Positions 1 to 13,076 are shown, counted from the stretch's first letter. The stretch: 64,000 nucleotides of DNA from Eledone cirrhosa (GCA_964016885.1 OZ024741.1:65162001-65226000), one strand, 5' to 3'. The notes: generated from the letters alone by a model not told the origin. Made by a program: numbers and translations.

Positions 1-849
1 GTTCAATTTTTTTGTGTTTGTGTATGTATGTTTTTTTTTTGGTTTGCACATTGGATAGTTGTATGTTCACATTTTGTAAATGTTATTGTTGTTATTATTA
101 CTGTTCTTTGTTTTGCTGTTTTTTTAGATTTTTTTTTCACCTTTTCTTTTTCAAATTTCATAGCCCCTCTTTTTCTTCTTCTCATATTTCTTTATCTTCC
201 TCTTTCACTCCACCTATCACTCATTCCTTTTATTCATTACTGTATCTTCTTTTTTCCCTTCTTTCTATTTTTAGTTCATTTCATTTATGCTCTTCTTTCT
301 CTCTTTTAACTTTCATCTCTCCTCCTATCTCCTTCATCACATGCTCATCTCTCTCATTTATTTCCCTATATATTTATTTCCCTGACCAGTTCCCACTTTT
401 AGTTAAGCTAACTCCCATTGCAGTGGTAAGAAATTCTCAGAAGAGCTGGTCAGCAGAAAGTCTTCAGAGAAGAAACCTCCTCAAGCGAGTGTTTCAGCCC
501 TTAACTTATGTAGTCCACTGACATAATCTGTCCCAGTATATGATTAGTCTTGCAGGTCGATAAAATAAAATACCAGTCAAGTATTGGGGTTGATTTAATT
601 AATTTCCCCTTTTTCTCCCAACTTGCTGGCCTTATGTCTGAATTAAAAACCGTATTATAGCAATAGTGGCTGAGTATTCTACTGACCTTATAATCCTCAA
701 ACTGTCTCAGTATGACATGACTTGTCCTTTGAATTACAGGTAGGGGATTGCCAGATTGGGCTACAAATAGTGGACCATGCTGCCCTTCAATACTGCACAC
801 TACTACCATTTATAGATTTGAGCTACCTCCTACTTTAAAATTTAAATAA

Positions 850-1280
850 TTAACCCTTTCGTCACCATATTTCTAATGAAAGGCACAGTCTATGATTTTC
901 AAATAATTTTAGAAATAATCAAAAATTTGGAGGGATATTATATAACTAATTTTCTCATTATTAAGCTGGTATTTGGAAAATAATAAAGGTTATTACTTAA
1001 TCCAACCAACAGGAGACCCAGGAGTAGACCCTGACCAAGACGGTTGGATAACATCCATGAACTTGGCTGGTCTTGCTTGGGGATCCAGCCAGATCAGTTG
1101 AAGACGATTGTTTCTGACAAGACCTGCTGGAAGGAGTGTTTGAGGACTCTGCCCCCACAACCCTCTCAGGAATAAGTGGGCGAAGAAGAAGGTTTAGAGA
1201 TGAATACAAACATTTTGAAATCATCAGTTTTGTATCTTAGAACCAGGGTCAGTTTCAGGTGGTTTGGTAACAAAATGTAA
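850..1280. mobile_element. piggyBac-like MITE remnant (TTAA-CCC end), interrupted by an RTE fragment
   Basis: Starts ttaaccctttcgtcaccatatttc, the reverse complement of the end at ~44090-44114. The right part (1240-1280) matches the ends of the copies at 43867 and 50838. Confidence 0.5.
998..1195 (+). mobile_element. 3' end of a Rex3/Expander-type RTE LINE
   Basis: Translates as PTNRRPRSRP*PRRLDNIHELGWSCLGIQPDQLKTIVSDKTCWKECLRTLPPQPSQE*, the typical Expander C-terminus (RRPRGRPRTRW...LGIPPEEL...LLPPRP), followed by a gaagaagaag tail. Confidence 0.75.
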
Positions 1281-2937
1281 GAATTGTATTCAATATCATA
1301 TATTATGAATGAAATAAATTAGAACCTACATAGAGGCAATACTTATATGTATATCTTTAACTAATATGCCAGCAACATTTTATTTTGGGTTACTTCCTAA
1401 CATAATCTGCTACTTTTTGAAAATGTTGTGCTACATTTTTATGAAATGGATCTGCAATCCTGATACAACTCGTCAGACATTCCATTAGTCAACCTCTTTG
1501 GCATACACACACTGCTGGCATACACACACATACACACAATCACTCCAGTCCATAACATAACTAATTAGACCATAAAACCATTCAGACACTCATCAGTCCA
1601 GATTCCACACAACCAAAGCCCATACTATTTGTTCCCAATAAACTAGAGCCAGAAGTTTACACACTCCAATTCAACTGAGTGCAATAAAATAAGTTTTTTT
1701 TTATAAAATAAAATTGATTAGTAATAAAAATACAACATATGTAAAACACCAAATTTAAAAAAACAAAAACAAAAAAACAATGAAAATCTACAATAACCCA
1801 GTTCAGAGAAAAAGAGAGAAACAAACAAAAAAAAGAGGGAAAGGGAGAAAATTATAGAAAAAGAAATATTGAGAGAATGAAAAACACAGAGAATGGAGGA
1901 AAAGCAGAAAAAGAAAGGGAGACAATCCTTTGGTTAAGCCTGGTAAAAACAAAGGAAAGAAAATAATTTTAGTAAATCTCTCTAGAATACTATATAATAT
2001 TTGTTGAGAAGAATTTGAACTCATGTTGCACCTCTTCTAAGATTCTGTATCAAATAAAATTAGATTGCTAGTTTAGTTTTCCAAGTCTTCACCGTTGTAC
2101 CTTATCTCTACAACATAAGCAATAACAGCAACAACAATAAGCCAATGAAGGAACCTCTACATAATTACTTGACCTGCTAGAAAGAGAAGCCAAATCACTT
2201 AATTTATAAAAAATATAAAAATGGGAGAAAACATTAGATAATACACTGTGTCTGAAAAAACAAAATGAAAATAGGATGGTCATATTCGGATTATAAGTTT
2301 ACTTGGTCAGGATTGAATTATATTTAAGCAACAGCAATAATAATTCTAACAATAATTTATTGTTGTTCATAGGCGTGATTTGTTACAGTGAGGAATCAGA
2401 AATGAGTTGTGATATACTCATAACTTCATTCGTGTATTTATAGCACAAAGTGATTTTGACTGGGATTAAAAACCAATGTTATTTCCCATGGAAAACCAAT
2501 GTCACCCACATATAACAATAGCTACAGCAAAAATTAATTAGTCAATCAATCAATCAATGTGTGTGTGGGGGGTGGGGGGTGCGTGTGTGTCTGTGCGTGT
2601 GTTTCTGAAAAAGACAGTCAATCAAACAGGAATTTTGAGGCTAGAAACAGGCAGCGACATAACCACTACCACGTTAGTCGATATATCAATCTTCCATGAT
2701 CAATCGACCCTCTGAAACGATTGCAAAACAATAAACTAATTAATTCTCCATCTCAGATTTTTGTTTTCTTTTAATTGTTCTATACACAGACACACACACA
2801 TACACACATATATATATGTGTATGTATGGAGATGGTTCATCATAGCAGTAACACTGAATGGCATTCTGTCTCCAAATCTAGTCTATTTTCTGTTTGTGTT
2901 TGCCATAATCTTGTAATTGATTACTTAATCTTTGAAA

Positions 2938-3014
2938 TTTACACCTGATGACATTACCAAAGTCTTACGTCATGATCTGATGATGTAAGGGGGCCATAGA
3001 AATACGTATTGTGA
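2938..3014 (+). ncRNA. degenerate minimal hammerhead-like motif in a Penelope-like remnant
   Basis: CTGATGA (2945 and 2977) ... GAAA-tac-GTA, then aataaa and a (TA)n array. Stem I is imperfect. Confidence 0.3.
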
Positions 3015-3114
3015 TTTTTTGCATCAATAAAAGATTATTTCGAATCTGGTCTTCAGTTTCTTTGAAATATATATATACATATATATGTATATATATTTAT
3101 ATATGTATACATGG

Positions 3115-3522
3115 GCAGTAAATGCAAAGGAAATGTGAAGGCTAGAGAGAAATGAAGCAAGCTTGTTTTTGGTGGATATGTGATGTTAATGTGCATGAAC
3201 AGCAAAGTATGGATGAACTGAGATAAAAACTAGGTATAAGAGAAATCAGACATAGTGTGCAAGAGAGAAGACTGCACTGGTATGGCCATGTGATACAGAT
3301 GGATGATGATTGTAGAGTGAAGAAGTGTCAAAACCCTCCAGAAGAAGTAAGTTGCAGTAGAGGAAAGCCATAATTAACTTTGCCAGAATCAGAAGTGGTG
3401 AAAGCAGATCTCAAAAGGCTAAACCTCACAGAGGAGACAATGAAGGAATGCAACAAATGGAGGGAAGCTGTGCTGGAGAGGCATGTCCAACCCTGGCAAG
3501 CATGGAAAAAGAGGCATAAAAT
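3115..3522 (+). mobile_element. old RTE LINE 3' fragment
   Basis: Decayed RLERNEASL..W.C....RRLHWYGHV coding sequence and a gcaagcatggaaaa tail, homologous to 35740-36140. Confidence 0.8.
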
Positions 3523-3639
3523 GGATCCAATTTAGGGTGAAAGCAGTAATTTATTGCTTAAACTTTTAATTTGTACTAATAATAAATATTTGCTCTACAG
3601 GTTTATATATACTTATGGTCTTTGTATTCATTATTACTA

Positions 3640-4685
3640 TCATCATCATCATCATCATCATCATCGTTTAACGTCCATCTTCCACGCTAGCATGGGTTTG
3701 GACGGGAATTTTCCCACTTGAGGCAAGATTGGTTGTCTTGCTCGTATAAGGACTGTCTGGCGGGCTTTCTACGGCTGGATGCCCTTCCTAACACCAACCA
3801 CATTTACAGTGTGGACTGGGAGGTTTTTACCGTGTTACCTACACGGCCACATTACAGTGTGGACTGTGTGTTTTTTTGTCGTGACACCTACACGACCTCA
3901 TTTATTTTGGACTGGATGTTGTGGTACCAACATAACTTTACATTGAAAGGAGTGGTGTGGATGGGGTGGGGGTAGTGGGACGGGTATGTATTTTTGTTAA
4001 GAGGTGCCTACTGACTGTAGGTTTCGCTTTGTACTTAGGCAAGGCGGGTCTTCTGTATTACTGTGTAGCGCCAAAGATCTCGGTCGAGTGACATTGTCTT
4101 GGAGAGGTGTGTGAGGTCGGAATTTATCAAGTCGTCCCAGGTTTTCCTGGGTCTGCCCACTCCGTGGCTACCGTCTATTTTTATCGCCCTGCACTTTTTT
4201 TTATATAGCTGTTGTCTTTCATGCGCATCACGTGACCATACCAACATAGTCTTCTCTCGAGTAAACAACATCTGATTCCTCTTATTCCTAATTTCTCCCT
4301 TAGTTCATTTATGCTTTGCCGTTCACGTATATTACTGTTACACATCCAGCGGAGCATGCAAGCTTCGTTCCTCTCCAGTCTGCGTATATCCTCTGCACAC
4401 AATGCCCAAGTCTCACTGCCATGTAACATTGCTGTTCATATGCAGGCATCATACAGCCTTTCATTTTTAGAGAGAAACCTTTAGCGGCCAATAGTGGTAT
4501 AAGCTCTCTGAACTTTTTCCATCCCGTTCTGACTCTAGCTACTGTACTTTCAGAACACCCTCCACCACTGCTGATTTTGTCACCCAGGTAACGGAAGGTG
4601 TCCACTATTTCTATAGAACCATCTGTGCAATGGAATGAGCTAGTATTCTGTGAGCACTTGCTGCTCCCAGATGGGAAATGGCCAT
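3640..4685 (-). mobile_element. RTE LINE 3' fragment with extended SINE-like 3' UTR and (GAT)n tail
   Basis: ORF pieces DTFRYLGDKISSGGG..., MLHGSETW..., GRPRKTWDDLI. Same structure as 60730-62310. Confidence 0.9.
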
Positions 4686-4704
4686 GGACTATATATATAT
4701 ATAT

Positions 4705-4965
4705 TTAGGTGTCATGGCAAAAAGTACCCAGTCCACACTGTAAAGTGGTCATGTAAGCATCATGACAAAAGCACCCAGTACTCACTGTAAATGAGGTTGG
4801 TGCTAGGAAGGGCATCCAGCTATAGAAACCAAGCCCAAATCAGTTCTGTATGAGCATGACATGGTCACCTGACCTAGCATTGCTCACAACAGCATAATTC
4901 GTCTAACCCATGCCAGTGTGGAAAAATGGACATAAAATGGTGATGATAATGATGATGATGATGAT
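4705..4965 (+). mobile_element. RTE-tailed SINE 3' part
   Basis: aaaagcacccag..cactgtaaa subrepeats, the ggaagggcatccagc motif, a ccatgccagtgtggaaaaatggac tail and (GAT)n. Confidence 0.75.
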
Positions 4966-5321
4966 ATATGTATCAGCATATGAAACATGCAGCCGGCAGG
5001 CTGCATGTGGCTCTTTACAAGCACACCTGCGGCCTGCACAAAGGTTTTAACAGCGCAAGTGTAATATAAAATAAAAAATATTAGTTGAAATGTGCGCAAT
5101 TAGTTGCCATGTGTGGCCCTCAGACAACACATATGTGACCCATGTGGCCCTCGGTGAAGGTGGGGGGGGGGGCTTAGTTTGACATGCCTGATATATATGA
5201 CCCATAAAAAAAGAACAGTTACAACTAGAACTGTCTTTGATCATAGGGCTGCTCCACAAGAGTTGGACAACACCATGTTTACAGAGAGAGATTGATGTTT
5301 CATGATAACATGACATGTTGT

Positions 5322-5490
5322 TAGTCGGACACCATGCTTTGAAGCATAGAGTTACGTCCCTTTATGATCTAAGTTCAAATCCCGCCGAGGTAAGTTTGCC
5401 TTTCATCCTTACGGGGTCGATAAAATAAAGTACCAGTAATGTACTGGGTAATTGCTGGCCTTGTGCCTAAAATAGAAACAATTATTGTTA
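5322..5490 (+). mobile_element. tRNA-derived SINE (Meta-domain-like family)
   Basis: B-box agttcaaatccc, central gcctttcatccttacggggtcgataaaataaagtacc, and (ATT)n tail. Confidence 0.85.
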
Positions 5491-5659
5491 TTACTGTTGT
5501 TGATAATGATGATGGTGGTGTTGGTGTTGGTGGTGGTGTTGGTGTTGTGGTGGTATTGGTAGTGATGGCAATGGGGGAAGTGGGTTGGTGAGTTATGTGA
5601 ACGTTTTGGAGTCAAAGAAAATAATGATAATAATGACCTTCTTGATAAGAGTGACATTA

Positions 5660-5960
5660 ACAGTAGTGGTTGTTGTGGTGGTGGTGGTAGTAGTGTTTGT
5701 TGTAGTAGTGTTGGTGGTAGTAGTGTTTGTTGTAGTAGTGGTTGTTGTTGTGGTGGTGGTGGTAGTAGTGTTTGTTGTAGTAGTGGTTGTTGTGGTGGTG
5801 GTGGTAGTAGTGTTTGTTGTAGTAGTGGTTGTTGTGGTGGTGGTGGTGGTAGTAGTGTTTGTTGTAGTAGTGGTTGTTGTGTTGGTGTATAGGTAATAGT
5901 GATGTGGTAGTGGTGGAGATAGGTAATAAGGATGTGGTAGTGGTGGTGTTGGTGTAATAA
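5660..5960. repeat. compound (GTG/GTA/GTT)n trinucleotide minisatellite
   Basis: Repeating gtagtggttgttgtggtggtggtggtagtagtgttt units; gives a spurious poly-Val ORF. Confidence 0.9.
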
Positions 5961-6887
5961 CGTTTATAGGTCTTCAGCTATCATCATTTTCTTTACCATT
6001 CTCCACACCCACCACTCACCTTCATTCCTCACCACCACCCACTTCTACCCTCTCCCCCATCACCACCACCACCACCACCAACAATATTTTATCACCATAA
6101 AAAAGCAAAAGCAACAACAAATATAACACACCACCCAACCTCCAACACCACCACCACCATCACCTATGCCACTTTTAGAGTGATATTCTAAAAACACTAT
6201 TTCACATCTCCTACACAGTCTAGACAAATGGGGGTGAGTGGGTTGGAGCTAGGGGAAGCACAAACCCACAAAAATAGCAGTGAGGTGGGGACTGTGTGTT
6301 TGTAGAGTCAATGACCTTAGAAAGCCTTGCTTCAGTTTGTGTTGTGTTGTGTTGGAAAAACAGCATCTGCTGTAGGTGAAGAAGCCAATAAACAAACAGA
6401 CTGCTGCTGCTGTTGCTTCTGTTTTCCCTATCTGTGTCACCACAGTGAGGCAACACTAGGGTATCCTCTCCAGAGTGTAGGTCTGGGAAAAGTTGCCTAG
6501 AGAGATGGAATGAAGTGTACTGCTGCCCAGAAACATAGTACAATACATGCTGTTGTATGTGTCTGCAGTTGTACAGTGCAGATATGAAGTGCACTGCTGC
6601 CCAGAAACACAGCAAGATGTCTGAAGTTAATTGGAACTTACAAACTATTAGATGGTAGGCCAATGCCTTTGTTTTGCATCAATATGTTATATGGGAGCCT
6701 AGATCTGCTTCTGAAAATTCCTGTTTCAGTCAATGTTAGTAGAGCATCATAATAATGTATTTATACCACAAATTAAGTGGTTTTTGACAGGGATTAAAAA
6801 TCAGTATTCAATTTTATTTTCCATGGAAAACTATATCATAGCTCACACATAATAACTTGATCAGTTAATCAATCAATATTTATGTAT

Positions 6888-6918
<31 letters not shown>

Positions 6919-6919
6919 G

Positions 6920-7225
6920 TTGTTGGTGATAGGAAGGGCATCCAGCAATAGAAAGCTTGCCAATTATAGGGTCAGGATAGACTCCCAGCACACAATGTAA
7001 AGTGGTTGTGTAGGAGTCATGATAAAAAGCACCCAGCCCACACTGTAAAGTGGTTGTGTAGGAATTGCAACAAAAAGTACTGTAAATGTGGTTGCTGTTA
7101 GGAAGGGCATCCAGCTGTAGAAACCAAGCCAGAAACAGTTCTGTATGAGCAAGACATGGTCATCTGACCCAACTTGCCTCAAACCTAGCTTGGAAAAAAG
7201 AACGTTGATGATGATGATGATGATA
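6920..7225 (+). mobile_element. RTE-tailed SINE fragments
   Basis: Two ggaagggcatccagc motifs, cacactgtaaagtggttg subrepeats and a (GAT)n tail. Confidence 0.75.
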
Positions 7226-7619
7226 ATTCCCACCTTAATCCACGTATCTAGAAAACAAATGATGCTTTTTGCATTTTAAAAAAAAAACAACAAAAACAAA
7301 AATTAAAACAAAACAAAACAATTATATGAACTGAAATAAAATTATTTTGTATAAATCTCCAAAATTCTTCCTCTTAATTAAGTGTTTAATTAGTTCATTA
7401 ATCAGTTTATCAATAAATTAATTTATTCCAATTAACTAATTTCGCCAATTGGCAAGCAATGTGAGTTCAAGTGAAATGTTTGCACTTTTTTGAGGATCAG
7501 TTATAACTGATAGAAGTATAATGATCATCCATTGATCTCAGTGCTATAATAGACTGATCAGAGTGTTATAACTGTAGGCCTCACTGCATCTATTGATTTA
7601 CAGTGTTTATTAAACATTA

Positions 7620-7775
7620 TGGCAGTGAATTGGCAGAGTCATTAAAACATCGGATAGAATGCTTTATGGTATTCATTCAGGCTCTCTGCTGTCTAAGTTC
7701 AAATCCTGCTGAGGTCAACTTTGCCTTTCATCCTTTCGAGGTCACTAAAAAAGTACTAGTCAAGTATTGGGGTCG
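7620..7775 (+). mobile_element. tRNA-derived SINE (Meta-like), older copy
   Basis: A-box tggcagagtc, B-box gttcaaatcc, and gcctttcatcctttcgaggtc. Confidence 0.75.
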
Positions 7776-7784
7776 ATTCTTCAT

Positions 7785-7915
7785 CTCGCTGAAAGAAATC
7801 TGCTGTACTCAAGCTTGGAGAGGAATGGGCTCTGCCAGGCTTAAAATGCCCAAGACACGCTGTATGTCAATACAGCACCCCAACAACTCTATCAGGAGTT
7901 ATGGTACCATACATA
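7785..7915. repeat. unclassified ~130-bp dispersed repeat (other copies at 18485-18620 and 31015-31145)
   Basis: Shared gaaatctgctgt...ggagaggaatgggctctgccagg...aaaatgcc...tgtatgtcaata...gagttatgg.accat sequence. Confidence 0.7.
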
Positions 7916-8324
7916 CATTAACATTATGCTACATGTCCCAATGAAAAGGTCACCCAATGTGCCAGAAATGGGAGATAAACCCAACTTGAAGCACACCCCA
8001 ATGTGTGGAAAAAAAGATAGGGACGGACACTTTAGATAATTTAGCTCTAGGTCTCTATAAAAAAAAAAGGATTGTCAAAGCTGGGATACCTTCTGATCAT
8101 AAGCCTGAAGGATTAGAGCAGACCTAGGGCTAAACAACATCAACAGTATACTAAATTTATTAGCTTATATGAAGCTGTCAAGAACTATTCAAGAAAGCTT
8201 CTTCAAAAGTCAATGAGAGATTATTCCTCATCATCGTCGTCATCATCATCATCGTCGTCATCATCATCATCATCATCATTATCATCATCGTCATCATCAT
8301 CATCATTATCATCATCGTCATCAT

Positions 8325-8545
8325 CATTTAACATCCATTTACCATGCAAGCAAGGGTTGGATGAGTCTTCACAGCCAAAGTCAGTACTCAAACAGACTTA
8401 CTGAGCTCTCGGACCAGGTGCCTACATCTTTCTTACATTCATTCCCATGCTCTACTGAGCGTATTTTATCATGTCGCCAGCACTTGGGAGGTTGTCATGT
8501 CTTTGACGCCATTGAAGAGTACATCTGCCTCTTTATTTGGCAAGT
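8325..8545 (-). mobile_element. RTE-tailed non-autonomous repeat (second copy at 53020-53228)
   Basis: (CAT)n plus an RTE-type tail, and the shared gaggttgtcatgtctttgac core. Confidence 0.6.
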
Positions 8546-9019
8546 TTTATGGCTAGATGGGATTTGAACTCAGAAAGAGCAGAAAGCTGGAATGAACACA
8601 AGGCATTCTATCCAATGTTTTAATGCCACTGTCAATTTTCTCTCTACAGTTCTTGATATATTATGCTTGAAAAAAAAAACAGGATGATCATGGCTAGAGC
8701 ATATTTTATGATAGATCTTCAACAGAATCATGGCTGATATAGATAAAGATAACAAGAACAAAAGCAACATCTTTATGTAGCTATATTCTCTGACCTGCTG
8801 GTCTCTATTAACAAATAAATACAGACAATTAACCCAAAGATGCTTCCTGATAGGTGTATCAGTTACAGTAGATAACAACATATCTCTCCCTAAACTAAAA
8901 ATAGAGACGTAGTAGTTATATGTATATGAGTCATTCCAGAAAATATGGATTTCAGGATAGAAATAATCACCATGATATAAATGAGATGAGCTAAAAACAA
9001 CAAACAAACAAAATCAGAA

Positions 9020-9098
9020 AACAACACAGTTCCCCTGAGTTTCAGAAACATTTTCATTCTCAGAGTTGCTCAAACATGGAACAAACTATCTGCATCAT
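9020..9098 (+). mobile_element. CR1 LINE 3' coding remnant
   Basis: ILRVAQTWNKLSAS matches FTLRVAEAWNKLPAS of the CR1 copy at 42400-42790. Confidence 0.6.
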
Positions 9099-9104
9099 AA
9101 TTCT

Positions 9105-9315
9105 TTCTAATTTAGGCACAAGGGTAACAGTTTGTGGGGAAGAGAAAGGCAATTGTATTGGACTCAGTACTTGAATGGTCCTTTATTTTGTTGACCTCAG
9201 TAAAATGAAAGGCAAATTTGACCTCAGTGGGATTTGAACTCAGAATGTAAAGAGCCAGAAGAAATTCTGCTAACATTTGACTGACATTCTAATGACTCTG
9301 CCAATCCAGTGCCCT
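9105..9315 (-). mobile_element. tRNA-derived SINE (Meta-like)
   Basis: ttaggcacaagg...tgaaaggcaaa...gggatttgaactcag...ctgccaatcc, the reverse complement of the family. Confidence 0.7.
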
Positions 9316-10383
9316 TGCAATAATAAATAAGACTCTTGTAATGATTTTTAACGCAGATATATGGCCAGAAATGTGTGAAGACAGTCAATTGAATCACTCC
9401 CATTATTCAACTGGGACTGATTTGATTCTATTGACCTAAACCTAAGTCTAAATATCTAATCTTATATTAGTTGAGGATACTAGAGGTGTTACTCAAGAGT
9501 CTAGAGTTTTGTGCCAAAGCAGTTATCAAACTGGTAAGAAAAAGTGAAGACCGCTTATATGGTGTATGAATACAATGTTCTAAAAAGATTTTAGAAAGTA
9601 GTATTAATGTAATATAATCAAAGAGCATAACATTGAAAGCCTGCTGATACAATATGATGAGAGTGAAATGGAATGCATTAGAAAATTTAGTTACATAGGT
9701 GTACATATGTTCAAACACAGACAGCCAACCACAATTGCCCACACGTATTTGAATGCACACATTTGCTTGTGTTAATGAATAAATAAATTAATAGAATATA
9801 TATATATATATGTAATCATGGATTCACATGTACTCATATATATGGACATACATACATGTGTATTGCAATATATATATATGTATGTATGTATGTATTACTT
9901 TTTTACTTTATATCTTTCTATATACTTGGATGGCAGCAGGGGATATTATGTTTGCTGTTGATGCAAGGGTATGCATATATATATATGTGTGTGTGGGGGT
10001 TTGTGGTGAGAGTGGAGGGGATATTATTTGAACCAGTGAGAATACATGGGTCTGGTGCTGATTAAGTTAATGTCTCATTGGGTCCCATAGGAAGGGGGGT
10101 GGGGGACAGGATGTGAAGCATATGTAATGAATAAATAAATTAACTAAAAATAATCATTTATACATTTGCCCAAATGCAGACAAACTCACACACACACACA
10201 TAAATAGCTGTACATAAACCTAGACAGTATACTTTTAGTTTAAGCGAGATATTTAATCGCTGAGAGTGCACAATGACCCAACAGGTAGTCAGTGCTAAGT
10301 GAATTAAACAAATGAGAAAACTGGAACTCAAATATATGACTTAACTTAGCATACCACTCTCTCTCTCTCTGTATGTATATATA

Positions 10384-10898
10384 TGAGGGTGCTTCCAAAA
10401 GTTTGTGGGAAAAGGACAGTTGGAAAAAACGGTTTAAGTTATGTTTATTTTTCTCTTCAATATACTTCTGCAAGCATTGATAGCAGCCTTTAAGTCCATC
10501 TGTGTAAAACTGAAGGCCTGGCGATTTAAACCATGTGAAAGCAGCTTTTTTTTACATCTTCAACCTCATATCTTCCATTTCTAAAACGACTTATCCATTT
10601 GTAGGTTGTTGATTTCTTTGGGGTATTGACCCCATACACTTTCTCCAGAGCGTCAATGATTTGGCTGCTCTTCCACCCAAGTTTCACCATGGATTTAATG
10701 TTTTGATGGAGGCCAGGCTGCTCGAGCGAGTGCTGACTTCTGACTGGTGGCGCTGTGTTGCAGCATGCATTTAAAGGTTCATGTTAGAACATGTTATTAC
10801 ATGTTAGTATGAGAACGTACAGGTGCATTGAGATCAAAATCCCTGCATGTGATTTTTAGCAATGTACTTTTTGCACAAACTTTTTGAAGCCTCCTCTT
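10384..10898 (-). mobile_element. internally deleted irritans-subfamily (Hsmar2-like) mariner
   Basis: Imperfect TIRs (tgagggtgcttccaaaagtttgtgggaaaag / ctttttgcacaaactttttgaagcctcctct) in a TA context. The minus strand encodes NIKSMVKLGWKSSQIIDALEKVYGVNTPKKSTTYKWISRFRNGRYEVED joined to a C-terminal FYTDGLKGCYQCLQKYIE. Confidence 0.85.
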
Positions 10899-10961
10899 AT
10901 ATAAGATATGTGTTTAACATATGAAACAAAATCATTCAATACGAGGTTGGTAGAGTTCAAT

Positions 10962-11157
10962 GTAATATAATTAATAGCATGGAAGCAAGTTCACTACAAA
11001 TTATTTTGTGTGGTTATTCCATTGTTAGCCTTCCGGAAGGCCAAAGATTCCAAATGAGGCAAGAAACCTAATGATTGTTTATTGCAATTTCTAACAATGG
11101 TGTAACCACACAAAATAATTTGTAGTCAACTTGCTTCCTAGCTATTGATTGTATATA
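10962..11157. repeat. fold-back inverted repeat (Penelope-style)
   Basis: Arms of about 60 bp, gcaagttcactacaaattattttgtgtggtta / taaccacacaaaataatttgtagtcaacttgc. Confidence 0.75.
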
Positions 11158-11496
11158 TTAGCCTGGAATATAATCTATATATATGACCACTGCTAAAGAT
11201 ACTTTTGAAGTAACAGACCCTATTTTTAGACATTTTCTTCAAAATCATTTCAGGGTATTAAGAATTGATTTTTAATGTTCTGTACTGCAGGACATTCTTG
11301 GAAAGTATAAAACAACACTACAATTATATCACATTAAAAATGAGTCTTTTTTACTCTAATACTACAAATTTTCACAACAGTTTATTCACCAGTAAAGATA
11401 CTATAATCATTTGAATAGACAAACCCATTTTTTTAGATATTTTCTAATTAATCATTATAGGATTTTAAGAGTTAATAGCAACAATAATAATGATTT

Positions 11497-12060
11497 ATAC
11501 TTTAGGCACAAGGCCAGAAATTTGAGGGGAGGGGAAGGTCGATTAAATCGACCCCGGGCGTTACTTTATTCTATTGATCTCATCAGGATGAAAGGCAAAG
11601 CTAACTTCGGCGGGATTTGAACCCAGAACGGCATGGTGTCCGACACTCTACCAATATTGCCAAATTTAGGCACAAGGCACAAGGCCAACAATTGGTATTT
11701 AGAGGCAACAGTCTTTATTATATCAATATCAGTATGAAAGATAGTTAACCTAGGCTGGATTTGAACTCAGAATGTAAAGAGCTGGAAAAAATAATTCTCT
11801 CTTTCTAACAAGACCAGCAACTTGGGGAAAGCAGAACATCTATTATAACGACACCAATATTTAACTGGTACTTTAGTTTATTGACCCCCAGGAGGATAAA
11901 AGGTAAAGTTGAATACAGCAGAATTTGAACTCAGAACATAAAGAGTCATAAGTAGATGCCACAAAACATGTTGTTCGAATCTCTACTGATCCTTCCAATC
12001 CACAGCCATAGAACTGGAACAACGTAAGGCATTTTGTTGGCTGCTCTAATCATTCTGCCA
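11497..12060 (-). mobile_element. cluster of tRNA-derived SINE (Meta-like) copies
   Basis: Repeated tttaggcacaaggcc, ggatgaaaggcaaag and gatttgaactcag motifs. Confidence 0.7.
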
Positions 12061-12297
12061 ATCTACTATGGTATCATCATTATCATCATCATTAGCAGCA
12101 ACAGCAGCACCAGCAACAACGACATCATCAACAATATAACTATTATTGCTTTGATATAGCTTGAGAGTTGCTAAACAACCTCCTAATTTGAAAAATTCTA
12201 ATTTAATTGATGAGATATAAAGAGAGAGCACAATACACAAGGAGAGAAAATAGACAAATATAATCTTTTTTTAATTCATTAAAAGAGAGAAAGAAAG

Positions 12298-12371
<74 letters not shown>

Positions 12372-12395
12372 GTATATATATACATATATATATAC

Positions 12396-12427
<32 letters not shown>

Positions 12428-12428
<1 letters not shown>

Positions 12429-12475
12429 ACCCATGCTAGCATGGAAGATAGAAGTTAAACGATGATGATGATGAT
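12428..12475 (+). mobile_element. ultra-truncated RTE/SINE 3' tail inside a (TA)n array
   Basis: aacccatgctagcatggaagatagaagttaaacgatgatgatg; equivalent tails at 44588-44638 (-) and 29585-29630. Confidence 0.7.
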
Positions 12476-12632
12476 ATATATATATATATAAACATATATA
12501 TATATATATACTCATATATATATGTGTATGTGTGTATATATATATATACATATATATATATATACTCATACATATATATATACATATACATATATATATT
12601 TATATATATATAGGCACACACACACATATATG

Positions 12633-12705
<73 letters not shown>

Positions 12706-13016
12706 GAAGAAATAAAGAATGTCAGAAAGAAAGAAGGAAAGAAAAAGAGAGAAAGAAAAAAATGAAGGAAGGAATGATGAATGATATCACTATTGCACTT
12801 TGTTTAAGATCATCTAAGTGGCTAACAAGCCTATGTTGTAGTTTGGGCTGTAAACAGTTTGGAAGGTGGAAGAAAACAAAGACTGTTAATAATTATCTGT
12901 ACTGTGTGGCAAGTCAATTAATCCTTACTTTCCATAGCTGACAAATATTATACTAATATAAAAGACACATGATTATACTGAAACATGAATGAATGCACCC
13001 ATACACTCACGCATAC

Positions 13017-13076
<60 letters not shown>

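Noticed and set aside
1-500. Possible 5' region or ORF1 of another L1-like element
   Set aside because: Only low-complexity T/C-rich sequence; no diagnostic motif.
1430-2300. Possible decayed L1 3' end on the minus strand
   Set aside because: The composition is suggestive, but I could not read a reliable protein motif.
6220-6663. 147-aa minus-strand ORF
   Set aside because: No recognisable domain; it contains a short internal repeat and is probably a repeat remnant.
12203-12765. ORFs of YIYI, CVCV, HTHT, MYVC, poly-V/S/M/H and ERER type here and throughout the window
   Set aside because: They are translations of (TA)n, (TG)n, (TATG)n, trinucleotide and (GA)n microsatellites, not genes.
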